The notes beneath the pieces are model-generated. The model saw only the letters and a list, made by a program, of their open reading frames with translations. It searched no databases and had not been told where the DNA came from. The position numbers and the translations under genes were made by a program. A DNA stretch of 59,682 nt from a virus (Duplodnaviria > Caudoviricetes): IMG/VR virus record IMGVR_UViG_3300043466_003081, positions 1-59,682 of that record, one strand, 5' to 3'. This document shows positions 24,976 to 37,200 of this stretch, piece by piece (position 1 is the stretch's first letter; each line of letters starts with the position of its first letter).

Positions 24976-25128
24976 ATGGCTGAAAAACCAGTTTATGTAA
25001 CAACCGCTACTGGCGTATCAGTAGACGTAGAAGCTTTCATCACTAAATTCAAACTTGAAGATAATGATGATCAGCTAATGACTTATCTACGTCGCTATGC
25101 TCGCCGCTGTGTAGCTGTAGCACCTTAA
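24976..25128 (+). CDS. hypothetical protein, 50 aa
   Basis: Translated by hand: MAEKPVYVTTATGVSVDVEAF...; GGTGG RBS; fills the gap after the MCP. Confidence 0.55.
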   Translation: MAEKPVYVTTATGVSVDVEAFITKFKLEDNDDQLMTYLRRYARRCVAVAP

Positions 25129-25142
25129 CTTGAGGAGGCATC

Positions 25143-25643
25143 ATGGCGCTAATTTTATTTGAAAACTCTTACTTAGAGTCTGCTGACGATTATCTTGCAG
25201 ACAACCCTTTTTGGGAAGCTGCAGATACAGATGCTCAAGAACAGGCGCTAGTTGATGCAACTCGAATTCTGGACCAAAATGAATGGATTGGGACGGCGGT
25301 AACGTCGTCTCAGTCTCTTGCTTGGCCTAGAGCTAAACTTAGTTTCTTTGATCCTGTACTTTCTCTTCATGTTCCTGTTGAACAAGGAGATATCCCTATT
25401 CGTCTAGAAAAAGCTGTGGCTTATCTAGCACTTCACTTAGTAAAACACCCAACAGTAATTAAAGGTTATGAGGTAACTTATGACTCTATCAGTATTGGTC
25501 CTATTAGCTTAGCTAACAGTGATGCTGGCAGAAGCTCTTCTCCTCAAGTTCCTTTAGTACCTGCTGAGATTAATAAGCTTATTGCTCCTTTAATCTTTAG
25601 CCAAGGTTACACTGCTGCAGGGGGCTGGTGGAGGTCAAACTAA
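25143..25643 (+). CDS. head-tail adaptor (DnaT-like)
   Basis: NSYLESADDY...W...EQALVDATRILD..W.G....QSLAWPR motif. Confidence 0.8.
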   Translation: MALILFENSYLESADDYLADNPFWEAADTDAQEQALVDATRILDQNEWIGTAVTSSQSLAWPRAKLSFFDPVLSLHVPVEQGDIPIRLEKAVAYLALHLVKHPTVIKGYEVTYDSISIGPISLANSDAGRSSSPQVPLVPAEINKLIAPLIFSQGYTAAGGWWRSN

Positions 25644-25978
25644 TGAGCCTACTACAAACAGTAGAGTCTGCAGTTGACCAAGCCTTTCAAGCTGCTGGTG
25701 ACTTAGTACAGTTAGGTGTTCTTCTTGAAGAAACAGCTACAGGATTTAATTTCGGCACAGGTACACTAATTTCTGATGAACAACCCTATTCAGTAGAGTT
25801 TATCGAAGTTAGCTCTGTGCTAGATAAAGATTTAAATATCGTAAAGGAATTAGTTATTAGAACTAGAGATCTAGATGGTTCTCGTTATTCAACTATCAGT
25901 TTTGGAAACAAGACTTATCGTTTTGAAAAACTTGAAACTTATCCAGGAATTACGCAATTAACAGTAAGGAGTGTTTGA
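25643..25978 (+). CDS. head closure / neck protein
   Basis: Position and size; TAATG coupling. Confidence 0.6.
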   Translation: MSLLQTVESAVDQAFQAAGDLVQLGVLLEETATGFNFGTGTLISDEQPYSVEFIEVSSVLDKDLNIVKELVIRTRDLDGSRYSTISFGNKTYRFEKLETYPGITQLTVRSV

Positions 25979-26370
25979 TGTTTCAAGATATCATAGACAC
26001 TTTTTATTCGTTACCACAAAATAACTTACTAGCAAATTTGCCCGTTTATCCGGCTGATTACCGAGGAACAATCTCTGCCGTTCCTTTTTTGAAGCTTAAC
26101 ATTGTAACCGGAAAAGCAAATCAATTTGCCTATAGAGATAACAAATTAGTTACTGGTCTCGTCATTGTAAGTATTTATTACCCTGCTGGTAGTGGACAAA
26201 AAGAACCTACTACAATTGCTAACTCCTTAGATCTTGTATTCCAAAATCAATTCTTAGCTTACGGTATTCAAACTAGTGTAAGCTCTTTACAATTCATTGG
26301 ACCAGATCCAGATGACTCAACCCTTTCAAGAGCAGATTACTCTGTTCCTTTTTCTTACTATGGAGAATAA
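25975..26370 (+). CDS. tail terminator / completion protein
   Basis: GLVIVSIYYPAGSG motif; precedes the major tail protein. Confidence 0.7.
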   Translation: MMFQDIIDTFYSLPQNNLLANLPVYPADYRGTISAVPFLKLNIVTGKANQFAYRDNKLVTGLVIVSIYYPAGSGQKEPTTIANSLDLVFQNQFLAYGIQTSVSSLQFIGPDPDDSTLSRADYSVPFSYYGE

Positions 26371-26373
26371 CTA

Positions 26374-26952
26374 ATGACCTTCCCAACTTCAATTTCAGCT
26401 GCACAATTCTCAGCTCTTGCTGTTTCTCGTGATGCAGTTCCATCTTCTCTAACTGAGAGCAATCTTAAAGCAAACTTTGCCACTGCTGCAGATTTTGTCG
26501 AAATCGAAAATATTCGTGACATGCCTAGCTTCGGTACTCCTGCTAACATCGTTAAAGTTCCTGTTTATGGCCAGGCTCAGACCCAGTCTATCGGTGCTCA
26601 GTCAGACGCTCCTGACCTAGAACTAACTATCAACTACATTCCTTCAGAGTGGGCAAAGAACAACGCTTCTTTCGCTACTACTGGTACTCTAGGTGATGCA
26701 GTTGCTGATGGTGTTGCAAAGGTATTTCAGTTCGCACTACTTCCCGCTAAGCCTCCAGCACTAACTACTGCTTTAACTGCTGGCGTTGGTGGTACTCTTG
26801 CTGCTCCTGTGCCAAATGCTCTCATCTACTTCGTAGGTAAGGTTGAATCACTACTTGTCAACCCTGCTCGTGATGACGCTTCAACTGCTACTGTAGCTCT
26901 TTCAATCCAGTCCGACTTCTTCGGTCCTTTCACTATTACTGCTACAAGCTAA
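26374..26952 (+). CDS. major tail tube protein
   Basis: EIENIRDMPSFGTPANIVKVPVYG...Q.DAPDLELTINY; strong codon bias. Confidence 0.85.
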   Translation: MTFPTSISAAQFSALAVSRDAVPSSLTESNLKANFATAADFVEIENIRDMPSFGTPANIVKVPVYGQAQTQSIGAQSDAPDLELTINYIPSEWAKNNASFATTGTLGDAVADGVAKVFQFALLPAKPPALTTALTAGVGGTLAAPVPNALIYFVGKVESLLVNPARDDASTATVALSIQSDFFGPFTITATS

Positions 26953-26960
26953 TTTAGGAA

Positions 26961-26990
26961 GGCCCCTTGACTAACGTCAGTTGAGGGGCC
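26961..26990 (+). terminator. hairpin after the major tail gene (terminator or mRNA stabiliser)
   Basis: GGCCCCTTGACT...AGTTGAGGGGCC; no clear U-tract. Confidence 0.5.
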
Positions 26991-27011
26991 AACCTTTACA
27001 TAGGTATATAC

Positions 27012-27239
27012 ATGAATAAACCATTTTCAAATAACTATGTCATCAAAGAGACATTAAAACATATGCAATCTAGTGTAGCTATTTCTACACAAAAAACAAT
27101 CGCACGGCTACCTGAATTTCAAGGTCAACCAGAAAAAGTACAAGAAGTAATGACTACTCTTGCTAATCTTGGTAAACTTAATTCTATGATTGAGTCAATT
27201 CGCGAAAATAATGAAGATATTCTAGGAGATAAAGAATGA
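27012..27239 (+). CDS. hypothetical protein
   Basis: 75-aa ORF coupled to the chaperone gene. Confidence 0.6.
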   Translation: MNKPFSNNYVIKETLKHMQSSVAISTQKTIARLPEFQGQPEKVQEVMTTLANLGKLNSMIESIRENNEDILGDKE

Positions 27240-27559
27240 AACATCTAGTCGGTAAAGCACAAAAAACAGTAAAAGTTAAATTTATGGATGGTGAAACTGT
27301 AGAAGTAAAAAAGCTTACTGTTTCTCAGGTAAAGGACTTTCAATCACAATTAGATGCTATTAAAGAAAAAGACTCTACCGATTCAGGCCTTCAAATCCAA
27401 CGTAGTGTAATTCGTATGGGTGTTGTAGGTGCGGAAGATCTTACAGATGAAGAACTAGATTCTTTCCCATTAGACGAAGTAGTAAATCTCGCTCAAAAAG
27501 TACTTGAGCTAGCAGGCGTGCGTTCGGCAGAGGGAAACGACTCAGTGAAGAAGAATTAA
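27236..27559 (+). CDS. tail assembly chaperone (gpG-like)
   Basis: Position between major tail and tape measure genes; slippery site near the 3' end. Confidence 0.8.
   Translation: MKHLVGKAQKTVKVKFMDGETVEVKKLTVSQVKDFQSQLDAIKEKDSTDSGLQIQRSVIRMGVVGAEDLTDEELDSFPLDEVVNLAQKVLELAGVRSAEGNDSVKKN
27532..27538 (+). other. -1 programmed ribosomal frameshift site G GGA AAC
   Basis: XXXYYYZ heptamer in the correct phase; the -1 frame is open into ORF 27613..27864. Confidence 0.8.
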
Positions 27560-27864
27560 ATTACTACGAGATAGCTTATAATTTAAAATTAACTTTACAA
27601 GAGCTTAATGAGTTGTCTTATGAAGAAATGCTAGGCTGGTCAGAATACTTTAGGAGAAGACCAGTTGGATGGCGAGAAGACAATAGAGCAGCAATTATTG
27701 CTATGTCTTTTGGCGGATCTAAACTAAAGCCAAGTGATTTATTTAGCTCTTTAAAAGTTATAGAAGATGAAAACAAAGCAGTAGACAACTCTACTACAGT
27801 TGGCCAAAAATTCTTCGAAAGATTTAAACATAAACTTACAGAGGAGATTCCTTTTAATGCTTAA
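27532..27864 (+). CDS. frameshift extension of the tail chaperone (gpT-like)
   Basis: -1 frame reads GKRLSEEELNYYEIAYNLKLTLQELNELSYEEMLGWSEYFRRRPVGWREDNRA... Confidence 0.75.
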   Translation, partial: GKRLSEEELNYYEIAYNLKLTLQELNELSYEEMLGWSEYFRRRPVGWREDNRAAIIAMSFGGSKLKPSDLFSSLKVIEDENKAVDNSTTVGQKFFERFKHKLTEEIPFNA

Positions 27865-28168
27865 TATTACTTTTAATAGGACTCTCCTTTCTAAAAAAAT
27901 AAAAGCTGAAGTAGAACAGCAGTTTAAACAACAAACTAAAAAATTATTAGAAGATTTAGAAGATGCTACACCTGTAGATACAGGCTTAGCTAGAAATAGC
28001 TGGTCTTTAGAGTTTAAAGATAGCACTACAGCTACTATTTCAAATTCTCAAGAATACATCGATATTCTTAACAAAGGCAGTTCAAAACAAGCTCCTCGTT
28101 ATTTCATAGAAAGAACTATGATGAATAATGGCTTCAAAGTCAAAGAGCTAATAACAACAAAAAAATAG
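27857..28168 (+). CDS. HK97 gp10-like neck/tail-completion protein
   Basis: TPVDTGLARNSW...YIDILNKGSSKQAPRYFIE motif; GAGGAG RBS. Confidence 0.8.
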   Translation: MLNITFNRTLLSKKIKAEVEQQFKQQTKKLLEDLEDATPVDTGLARNSWSLEFKDSTTATISNSQEYIDILNKGSSKQAPRYFIERTMMNNGFKVKELITTKK

Positions 28169-28177
28169 TCATAAAGT

Positions 28178-28213
28178 GCCTCATAGTATAAATACTGTGG
28201 GGCTATTTTATTT
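28178..28213 (+). terminator. candidate intrinsic terminator before the tape measure gene
   Basis: GCCTCATAGTAT-AA-ATACTGTGGGGC followed by TATTTTATTT. Confidence 0.55.
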
Positions 28214-28225
28214 AGGAGTTAAAAA

Positions 28226-31200
28226 ATGGCAATTGAAGTTGACATTGTAGCTAATGAAAGTAGTATTGAATCTGCTCTTAAAAAAATCTCAACTAGACTT
28301 AAGACTCTTGAAGTTGAGTCTAGAGCAGTATCTAAAAACATTTCAAACGTTGGTGTCAAAAGCATCGACAGCAAACAAATTTCACAAGAATTAAAGTCTT
28401 TAAGACAAGACTTATCAAAAACAAATAAAGAACTAGCTAGCTCTGTTAACGGGCTAAGTAATGGCTTTTCTAATTTAGCAAGAAATCTAACCTTAGCTTT
28501 AACTGGTGGTGCATTAACTGCTGGGTTTGTAGGTGTTACTTCTAAGTTTAGTGAGCTAGAAAATAGAATTGCGTTAGTTACTGGTAGAACAGATAACCTA
28601 ATCCTAACTCAAGAAAAGTTAATTAGTGTTTCTGCAAAAACCTTTACCTCTGTAGAAGGATCAGTAGAAACTTTTAATCGTTTTGGCTTAGCATTAAGAG
28701 ATGCTGGAGTTGAAACAGAAACACTTATTGAAGTAACTGAGAATGTTCAAAAAGCTATTGCTATTTCTGGTGGTTCAGCTCAATCTGCTTCTGCTGCTAT
28801 TTTCCAGTTAGGCCAAGGTCTTAGTGCTGGTGCATTGAGAGGTCAAGAACTTAATTCTGTCCTTGAACAAGCACCTAGAATTGCTACAGCAATTGCAGAT
28901 GAACTTGGAGTTAGTATTGGACAATTAAGAGCTATTGCTGAAGAAGGCGGGCTATCTGCTGATGTAGTAATGAAAGCTTTACTTAATCAAGGCGCAGCAA
29001 TTAATAAAGAATTTAAAAATATTGCTCCTTCTATTACTAAGTCTTCAGTAGTATTTTTAGACGCGGTAACTAACTACATAGGGCAAGTAGATAAGGGTTT
29101 AGGACTAAGTAAAAGTATTGCAGCAGGTACCTTAAATCTTTCTAGAACACTTAATGAAGCAAGTGTTGATCTTGATTTAAGAGTAGCTGAACGTGTAAAA
29201 GATCTTAATGTCGTACAAACTTTCAAAGATATCCAATTAGTTGCAGGGGGTATCTTTAACGTACTTGGTGCAATCGTAGGAAGAATTGGGAGTTCTTTTC
29301 CTAAAGTTATTGTTCCAGTACTTACTCTTTTTGATCAGCTTTCTTTAGCATTATTTAAGATTCCAACTGTAGAATTTTTTGCTGCAGTAACTAGGTCTCT
29401 TTTAGCTGTTAGAGCTTCCTTTTTAGAGATTGCTAGCTTAGGTGGAGGTGTATCTAGCGCCTTTACTAAAGTATTCCAGTCTACTAGCGTAGTAGAACTT
29501 AGACAAAACTTAGATGATTTAGCTTCTGCAATTGACAACTATGGTAAAAGATGGTTTAACGTATTTAACTTTGCAACTACTATTGTTCGTCAAACTAATG
29601 TTTTTCTTGTTGAAACAGGAAGATATTTAGGCATACTTGATCAAAAATTAATTGAATTTAGATTTGATACCTTTGAAGACTTTGGCTTCTTGCTTGAATT
29701 TTCTTCTAAACTACTAGTAGAATTTACTAAAAACTTTCTAGCAATGAATGTAATTGTTAGCCTATTTTCTGGCGCTCTTATCTTTGAAGCTTATTTAGGT
29801 AGAATGTTAGAAGCTGCTAAGAATACTTTTGATGATATAACTGCTTTTGCAACTTCAGGTCTAACTAAAGTTACAAAAATTATAACTAAATTTTCAAGCA
29901 AAATTAGAAAAACTTTCTATGATCTTTATATTTACTTAGTAGGTGGTTCTGTTTGGCCAGATACTATTGAAGGGATAGTTAAGTGGACTAATTATCTTCT
30001 TGATACTGCTCTCCCTATAATTAACACTTTTAGTGCTAAAATTAAAACAGAGTTTTCTAAGACTTTGAAATTTTTAAGAAGTTTATTTTCTAACTCCCCT
30101 TTAGCAAATCTTCTTGATCTTGATTTTGATTTTAAAAATCTTAATTTAGACTTTTTAAAAGATTACTTATCAAACCTATTTGAACAAATAGACTTATCTG
30201 CGCTAGATGATATCAAATCTAAAATATCAGATAAATTCAAAGAGCTTACAAATACTCGTTTTGATTTCTCCTTAGATATTCAGCTCAACTTAGCGCAAGC
30301 TTTAAATTCTCTGATCATTTTTGTTCAGAAAGCCGAAATTTATTTAGCTTCTAAACTTCTTAGCGGAATTCTTTCTGTTTGGGGTGAGCTAAACAACAGT
30401 GCACCTGTTCTTGCTAATTTACTAGCAGCAGGTATTGTTACTGGATTAGCCGAATTATTTGGGGTTAAATTATTTGCAGCTTTAAAAACATTATTGCTAG
30501 GCACTTTAGTAGCAAATGTTTTAAATAAAGTCCTACAGAATTCTGGAGAACTTTTAATCGATGAAGGTTTCTTTGAAAATATCGGTCAAAGTGCAGGTAA
30601 ACTTGTAGGTACTATTATCAAAGCTATTTTTGACAATTTACCATTATTACTTCAAGGGTTGCTAGATGTAGCTAAAGGCTTTGCACATGGTTTACTAGAT
30701 CAATTAGGTATTGTAGGTAAATCTATAAGTCTGCTTATAAGCGCAACACCAGGAATAGGTAGTATTATTGAAATAGCCTTATTTGGCGCAGGCATTGCAG
30801 CTCTTCTCGGTAAGTTTAAAATGATTACTACAGTAATCAATGCTGGTTTAACACTTTTACTAAGCAAGAGTATAGGTGGTGTTGGTTCTAGTGGCATACT
30901 TCAATTTCTATTACTAGGAAAAGGTAGAACTGTTATTGCAGCTGTGCTAGGTGTCATAGCAGTACTCAACCTAATACCTGGTATTTTTAATGATATTGGT
31001 AACACTGTAAGCACTTTTATTTCTGTAGGGGGTTTAGTTTCTGTACTTCTTTTTGGTGCAGGTGGAACGTTTAAAGGAATAGTTAAGACTTTTGATGCTA
31101 TTATAAACTATATTGGTTTAATGTCTGGGCTAATGTCAGTTAATGGTAAAATGCTAAATCTTACTGGTTATTTGTGGCCAGCTTCTGGAGCTTTAAGCTT

Positions 31201-34200
31201 AAAAGCAAGAATTGCAGCATGGTTTGCTTGGTTTAGATTCCAATATTATAGTGCAATTGGTGGCGGATCTTTAGCTACTGTTCTTGGTACAAAATTAGCT
31301 AATGCTGTTTATTCTTTTACTACTTGGTATACTATGTCTATGGGTCGTTTACGTAACAGATCCTTAGCTATTGGCGGTCCATTAGGTACTATTGGCAGTG
31401 TTCTTTTCGGTAAAATAGGTAGAGCTGCTTTGTTAGCTGCAGTAGTTCTGGGGTTATTTACCACAGTTGCTATGGCTAGCGAGGATGCTGCTAGCTCTGG
31501 TTTTGGTTTAGGTTTTTCAGCTTTAGAGTATGGAATGCTAGGGGTAATGCTTTTTGGAGCTATGGGCCCTAGATCTTTTAGAAAACTAGTAATTTCTTCT
31601 GTTAACTTTGTTAAACTACAATTTAGAGCCTTAATTGCTGGTTTAGCTATTGAAGCTGCTGTAGCAACTGCACTAGGTGCAGGTTTTAAAGCAGGACTAG
31701 TAACAGTAGGTATTATGCTATTACGTTTTGTAGGCACTATTTTTGCTGTAATCTTTAGCAAAATAGGTGCTGTAATTCTTGGCGTTGGTTTACTAGGTTT
31801 GATGCTTTTTGGTAAAGGAGACTCTCTATCTGAAAAGTGGACTAACTTTAAAAATAGTGTTACAGACTTTTTTACGAATACTACAGAAGGTGGTAGAGCA
31901 GCAAGAGAAAGCATCGAAGGTGTTTTAGCTCCTCTTAAAGGTAGCGCTCTTGGAGATATTAACTTTTCTGGGGCTTTTAAATCTTTAGACGCTGTTGATT
32001 TAAGTGGATTAAATGCTAGTCAAATAGGCGACATGAAAGCTAGCTTAAAACAATCTGTAAATAGACTAGAAGAACTTAAAACAGTCTATGAGCAAGAAGG
32101 AAAGCTAACCAGAGGCGAAAGAAGAGAAGCAAACGCTCTACTAAAAGAGATCAATGACAAAATCAAAGAAGCTCCAGAAATAGGCACTGCAACAAATCTA
32201 AACGTACAAGGATTGCTTTCTGCAGCTGATAAACTAGGGGTAGCAAATCTACCTCAAACAGGTGGTGGTTTATTCTCTAGTCCTACCTCTGATATTGCAG
32301 GAGCAGCTGACAGAGTAGTAAAAGGTACAGCGCCTATCTCTGCTTTTATTGATATTGAAGAGCTTAGAGGTATCGACCCTATTGCTGCAGAATTAGCTGA
32401 CAAACTTAACTTTGCTTTATCACAAGGATTTTCTGTAGACCCTAAGCTTATGCGTGATGTTAACGAAATGTTAGTTGATCGTATTAGACAGAATACGACA
32501 GGAACATTAGAAAACGTATTTGCAAATGCTAATAATTTTGTTCTTCAACAAGATAACCAAAGACAGGAAGTAGCAGCTAAACAGCTAGTTAAAGATCTAG
32601 ATACTGCAGTAATGTTAGCATCTAATCGTCTTTCTAAGGAAGAAGCTATTGCTACTGTGCAAGAACTTCAACAAGGTTTAGGTTTTGAGCAACTAAAAAC
32701 AGATGAAGCTCAAAGACTATCTATTGAAGGAGCATTGCTTCTACAACAAAAACTTAAAGATCTGTCTGATAGAACTGTAAATATTAGCGGAGCAAATGTA
32801 CCTGTATTTGGTGAAAGTACTTCAGATCTCTTTAATACACCTCAGCTAATTGCTCAAAGAAAAACAGCTGAAAAAGAATTCGAAATCCTTAAAAACATTT
32901 ACTCTTCTGAATCAGGTGTGCTAGTAGACTCAGTTAATGAATCACTAAACTTGATCGGGGTAAACTTAACTTTAAGCAATTTTGATGCTAAGAGGCTTAA
33001 TAAGTTTGTAGAAGGAGCTTCAAGAGTATTAGAAGCTGAAGCAGCTAACATCGCTGCAGGTTCTACTGCTGATAGTAAGCAAGCCTTAGATAACGCAAAA
33101 CAAGCATTTAGACTTGAGTTACTAGAATATAAAGCTACTATTGAAGATGTATTAGGATCTATTGATACTTCTATGACTTTAGAAGATGTATTTTCTGCTA
33201 GCCAAGGTACTCAATCTCAGATTGAAAGTCTAGGTAAAGAACTACTTAAAATAAACGAAGATATGGCTACTGAAGCTTACGCAGCACTTCCTCTTTCTAT
33301 GAAAGAAGGTATCTCTGCAAATAGAACTTCTATTGTAAATCAACTAGTTGCTTTGTTTAGGCAAGTTGCTATCGAAACCAAAAAGATTGATTATTTTGGT
33401 GAAGGTAGAGATTTATCTTCACAAATACAAGACAAGTTTAATACCTTTACTGGTAATAATCCTACTGTATTGCCTTTGAACATTATGGGTCCTCAAGATA
33501 CGGCGGCGGCTCTAAAGGCTATTGAAGCTATTGATCAAGCTTATACTAATTTACAAACAGATATGTCTAATGGAATTAAACCCGATTTTGGACAATCAGT
33601 TTCTCAACTAAGTTCTAAGCTATTAGCTGCAGAATTACAGTTTACTTCTTTCGAAGATAGACTAGAGTATGCTAGATCTTTAGCAGATAACCCAATTGAT
33701 TTTAATGAGCTAATTAAATTACCTAGAGAAAAACTAAATCAACTTGACTTGTTAACTATCAAACTAAGGGCACTCCAAATAAGGATGGTAGTTATTAAAA
33801 CTATTGGAGCTATTACTGGATCAGATATCTTTGGAAACTTAAAAGATGTTTCTGCACAGATTGATGCTACAATTAAGCAAATGGATGCCTTAATTCCAGA
33901 AATGCCTGACTCTGGCGGCGGTGATGCTAAAACTTGGTGGGAAGACTTTGTTGAAAAAGCTAACTCCTTAGAGTTAAATCTTTCAGATAAATTACTAGCA
34001 GGCTTAGACTCAACTCGACTTGATGTACTAGTAAAAGCTAGCGAAGATTATAAAAAAGCTCAAGAAGCTATCACTAAGTCTACTAAAAATGAAGTTGATC
34101 TTCGTCAAAAGTCACTTGCTATTATGAGGCAAGCAAGAGAAGAAGCGGCTAAAGCATTGAGAGATGGTACTCTAGGTGGTTTACAAGCTCAAACTTCAGC

Positions 34201-37200
34201 GCTAGGCCAAGAAATTGATTTAGGAATTTTAGCTCAGTTAACTCAATCTGAAAGAGATTTTGTTTCTTCAGCACTTCAAAGAATCCAAGCTATTCAAGAA
34301 GAACTAAGAGTTACTGATGAATCTAGCATAAAGGCAAGACAGCTAGCGGCTGAATTAGACTTGCTAACAGGTTCTGTTGAAAGACTAACTAACTTCTCTA
34401 CAGAGGTGAGATCTTCTGTTCAATCAGGTCTTGCTGAGTTCCTTAAAGGTACTAAAAGTTTTGGTGAAGTTCTTGATGTATTGCTAGATACTTTCACTAA
34501 CAAAGTTATAGAGTCTTTTACTACAGGATTTACAGACGCTTTGTTTGAAAAGTTTGGTTTAGATAGAATGTTCAATTCTATGTTTAACAACATTTTCAAC
34601 TTAGGTGGTAACTTAGTAGATAAAAAACTAGGTTCAACACCTAGAGCTGCACTATGGGTTAGGGTTGCTGATGCAGGAGTATTTCCTGGTAAAACAAGTT
34701 TACCTAGATTCTTTGCAACAGGTGGGTATGTATCAGGTCCTGGTACAGGAACTTCTGATTCTATTCCTTCAATGCTTTCTAATGGTGAGTATGTAATCAA
34801 TGCTCAAGCAACTAGAAAGTTTGGCCCAGTATTAGAGGCTATTAACTCAGGAACCTATGGTGCTTTTGCAACAGGTGGACCAGTTGGTAGTCTAGGGGGT
34901 GTCCCTTTAAATGATACTATGAGCAATGAAGGTATTGCCGAACTATTTAGGTATGCAAGTGGCTTTAATGATCCTCTAAAAATTGGTGGATGGTTAGCTT
35001 CTATGGCAACTTTGTCAGGAGCAGATTTACCAACTACACAAGCTATGCAGTATCTCTTTGGTGCTACAGACTTTTCTGGTATCTTTGGTTCTATGATTAG
35101 TGGCGAAGCTCACCCAGCAGTTTACGGTGTACTTGGAGCAAGTGTTGCTTCCTTAGTTAGCACTGCTATTTCTTCAGCAATGACTTCTAAAATACCGTAT
35201 ATTGGGCAAGCTTTAAGCACTGTATTCTTAGCTAACGATGCAGCTAAAGTAGGTCAAGGTTACTCTGCAGGAGCAAGACAACTAGGTCATTATAATGACA
35301 TTCCTAATTGGCTTAATTCAATGCTTTATGGTTTTGAAACGAGTGGAGTAACAGATGTTATTACTACTTTCAAAAACTTTGCAGGTGGTGGTTTACTAGC
35401 TAACTTTGCAAAAGATAAGTTTTATGAAAGTATTTCAGCTTTTGTTACTGGTCGTCAAGCTCCTAGAAAAGAAAAAGAAGCTCTAGATAGTCAATATAAA
35501 AACTTTTTAAGTAGATTACAAAGTACTCCAAATGATCCTACTAAAGTATCTGAACTATTCGATACTATTTGGACAAAGAAACAATTTGTTAAAAAAGCAG
35601 TAGAGTCTTCTTCAGACCCAATGAATAATGCTTTATTAATTGATAGAAATTATCAAAATCTAAAAGAATTAGCTTCTAACTATCAAGATAACGCTTATGA
35701 CGTTGTTAATAATAAAATTAAAGATAACTTTAATATTTCAGCTAAGTATCCTCTTAACTCAAAAAATATTTCTGATTATGCGCCTCTCTATAACATGCAG
35801 CCTATGTACATGCCAGGAGTTGGCTCTAGTCGTCCTACTGTTCAAAGCTTTGAATTATTACCTGATGACACTTTAGACTCTAGATTAGCTATCTCTGCTC
35901 ATGAATTTGGCCATGCCTATGATGCTATTGACACACTTGAAAAGAGTAAATCTTATAAAGCTATTGTTCAAAGAGAACTAGAAGAAGCACAAAAAATCTT
36001 TGCTAATAGTGCCTTTTTAAAAGCTACTGAAACAGAAAGAATTTCTACTGGATTAACTTCAGCTCTTATGATGAAACCAGGTTTATCTGCAGAATTTATG
36101 GCAAATAAAAATGCTTATGAACAATTTGATTGGGGTAATTTTGATAAGTTACCAGGCTTTCAGGAGGCTATTGCTCTCTCTTTTAGAAGCTATGTTATTG
36201 GTGAATCTTTTAAGAGACAAAACTCTAAAGAAGCAGCAGCTATCTCCTTAATTAAAAGCAAGACTAACAGTACTCTTGAAGATTCTGTTAAGACTATGAA
36301 TGATCCTTCTCTATTCTCAGGATTTCTTTCAGGAAATGCTGTATGGTTAAAGTCTTGGTTAAACTCTGGAGAAGCTCTAAACTTAGATAACACTAATTCT
36401 ATAAAATCTTGGGAAAAAGTGTTAGATTTAGCAGATGATGGTGTATTTAACAACTCTGGTTTTAACCCTAAGGATATACCAAGCTATACTGGAATTGCAA
36501 GTTTTGATAAAGTAATTTCTAAGTTTGCATTAGCAAGTAATATTGATGCAGCAGTATCTAAACTAGAAAGAGATAAATTTAATAAGGTTATTGAAAGAGC
36601 AGGTAGTATTTCTGATTACGATGTAGTAAAAGGGTTTGCAACAGGAGGATATATCTCCGGTGCAGGAACAGGTACTAGTGACTCTATCCCTGCTATGTTG
36701 TCTAATGGTGAGTATGTAATTAACGCTAAAGCAACAAAGAAATTCGGTCCTATTCTATCAGCAATTAACTCTGGAGACTACCAGGGTTTTGCTGCAGGTA
36801 GCCCTGGAATGGTATCTGGAACACTCAAGGTAGATGCTGTAAAGGCAACTAACATTCTACAGAAAATACTTGACTTCATTATTCCAAAGTTAACTGCTTC
36901 TGTAGATGCTACTCTAGAGTTATCAGACACTATGAAAGAAGAGATTTCTAATCTAACTAAAACTGATCAGAAAACTCTTTCAGATAGAGCAGCTAGCGGA
37001 GTTAAAGATATCAGAGATTCATTTGTTCAAAATATTTCTAGTGCTTTAACTGGAAGCATGTCTATTTCTGACTCTATTGGTGGTATCATGGATACTATTA
37101 CAAGCAAGGTAGTTAATAACTTTGTAAGTGGTATGGTAGATCAAGTATTCAACAACTTAAATCTTGGTGAAACATTTGGTAAACTACTTCTAGGTCAAGG

